Source: an uncultured delta proteobacterium
Lineage (GTDB): Bacteria; Myxococcota_A; Polyangia; Polyangiales; B10-G4
NCBI GenBank assembly: GCA_963727445.1
Contig: CAVSGI010000004.1
Coordinates: 192,001 to 256,000 of the forward strand
Length of the DNA: 64,000 bases
Direction: 5' to 3'
Shown: positions 62,898 through 64,000 of the stretch, piece by piece
Position numbering within the stretch: position 1 is the stretch's first letter
How the letters are laid out: each line of letters begins with the position of its first letter
The notes under the pieces: model-generated
Seen by the model: only the letters and a program-made list of their open reading frames with translations
Told to the model about the DNA's origin: nothing
The model's database searches: none
Translations under genes and position numbers: made by a program

Positions 62898-63661
62898 AGA
62901 TGCCGGTGGTGATCTGGGGCATGGGGCAGATGGGTGGCGTCTTCGCCCACGCGCTGCTCCGTGCGGGCCATCCCGTGTACCCGGTGACCCGCACCACCGA
63001 TCCCGAAGAGGTCGCGCGCGTCGTCGAGAGCCCGCTGCTCTGCCTTCTGGGCGTCGGGGAAAAGGACCTCGCGGAGGTGGTGCCGAAGGTGCCAGCGCCC
63101 TGGCGGCATCACCTGGCTCTGGTGCAGAACGAGCTCCTGCCGCACGTCTGGGAAGCGCTCGGCGTCGTCGATCCGACGGTGGCCGTGGTCTGGTTCGAAA
63201 AGAAGAAGAGCGTCCCGATCACGCCCGTGCAGTCGACGCCGATCGGCGGACCGCGGGCAGCGCTTCTGGTCTCGGCCCTCGAAGGCCTCGGCGTGCCCGC
63301 GCACGAGATCGAGACCAGCGCGCTGCGCGACGAGCTGGTGAAGAAGAACCTCTACATCTTGACCGCGAACGCGAGCGCGCTCTCGAAGGAGGTGAGCGAG
63401 AGCGTCACCACCGGTGAGCTCCTGGATGCGCACCGCCCACTGATCGACGGCGTCGCGCGCGATGCCCTCGCCATCCAGTCGCACCTCACGAACGCGGAGC
63501 TCTCGCCGTCGCTCCTGGGTGGGCTCTGGGATTCCTTCGCAGCCGACCCTCATCATCGGGCCCGGGGCCGCTCTGCGCGGGCGCGTCTGACGCGCGCGCT
63601 CGCGATCGCCGACGAAGCCGGCCTCGAGGTGCCCGCGCTCCGCGCCCTCGCGAACGGTTAG
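62894..63661 (+). CDS. Rossmann-fold protein (ketopantoate-reductase-like)
   Basis: VIWGMGQMGG, LVQNEL and KNLYIL. Confidence 0.6.
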   Translation: MKMPVVIWGMGQMGGVFAHALLRAGHPVYPVTRTTDPEEVARVVESPLLCLLGVGEKDLAEVVPKVPAPWRHHLALVQNELLPHVWEALGVVDPTVAVVWFEKKKSVPITPVQSTPIGGPRAALLVSALEGLGVPAHEIETSALRDELVKKNLYILTANASALSKEVSESVTTGELLDAHRPLIDGVARDALAIQSHLTNAELSPSLLGGLWDSFAADPHHRARGRSARARLTRALAIADEAGLEVPALRALANG

Positions 63662-64000
63662 TCCGAGTACATCACGTCGACGTACTCGCGTCTGCTCGGG
63701 TTCGGGTGACGGCGGATCACCTCGCGAGGTCGCGCATCGATCACCGGCCGCGTACCCGAGACGGGGCGGATCTGGGGATGCCGATCGCGCCTGCGTCCGA
63801 AGAGGGCCCCCAGCAGCGCCCCGAGGAAGGCCCCGAAGGCGGCGCCGCTCGGTCCGCGGAAGGAGCCGAGGATGCCGCCGAGCAGTCCCCCCGCACCGGC
63901 GTACGCCGTCTGCTGCCCGTGGCCTCGCCGGGTCGCCTCCTCGCGCGCTTCGCTCACCGTCTGCTTCACGTCCCCCCGCTTCGCCCAGTCCAGCATCTGC
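63658..64000 (-). CDS. Hypothetical protein with Gly-zipper membrane segment (start outside the window)
   Basis: GAGGLLGGILG...GAAFGAFLGALLG; convergent with the previous gene. Confidence 0.45.
   Translation of the reverse strand, partial: QMLDWAKRGDVKQTVSEAREEATRRGHGQQTAYAGAGGLLGGILGSFRGPSGAAFGAFLGALLGALFGRRRDRHPQIRPVSGTRPVIDARPREVIRRHPNPSRREYVDVMYSD

Overview
A 64-kb, very GC-rich chromosomal segment, most likely from a Myxococcota (Polyangiales/Sandaracinaceae-like) genome. That assignment rests on MYXO-CTERM tails, a GltE-like TPR lipoprotein, a myxobacterial-type Ser/Thr kinase and many Cys-rich lipoproteins. Housekeeping genes include purL/purQ, alr, mlaE/F, feoAB, folB, an aminotransferase, an MrfA/MrfB-like helicase-exonuclease pair and an orphan Dam-type methyltransferase. 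Three accessory blocks stand out. (i) An ~8-kb signalling block between alr and mlaE holds a sigma54 activator, three -24/-12 promoters, a shared 13-bp upstream palindrome and a duplicated hybrid kinase. (ii) An ~11-kb cell-envelope redox-like locus holds DUF3570/DUF4266, beta-barrels, several heme-c-motif lipoproteins, a Tat protein and a 'two-in-one' ORF with an internal MYXO-CTERM followed directly by a second signal peptide. (iii) An iron-uptake operon with Fur-like boxes encodes two imelysins, a di-heme protein, a TonB-dependent receptor with a long Glu/Asp-rich N-terminal tract, a vitamin-K-dependent gamma-carboxylase (HTTM) homologue and TonB. A signal peptidase I homologue lacks both catalytic residues. 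Several frameshifts, including one in purL, suggest uncorrected long-read indels. I saw no rRNA, tRNA, CRISPR array, integrase or transposase. All family calls come from motif recognition by eye, not database searches.
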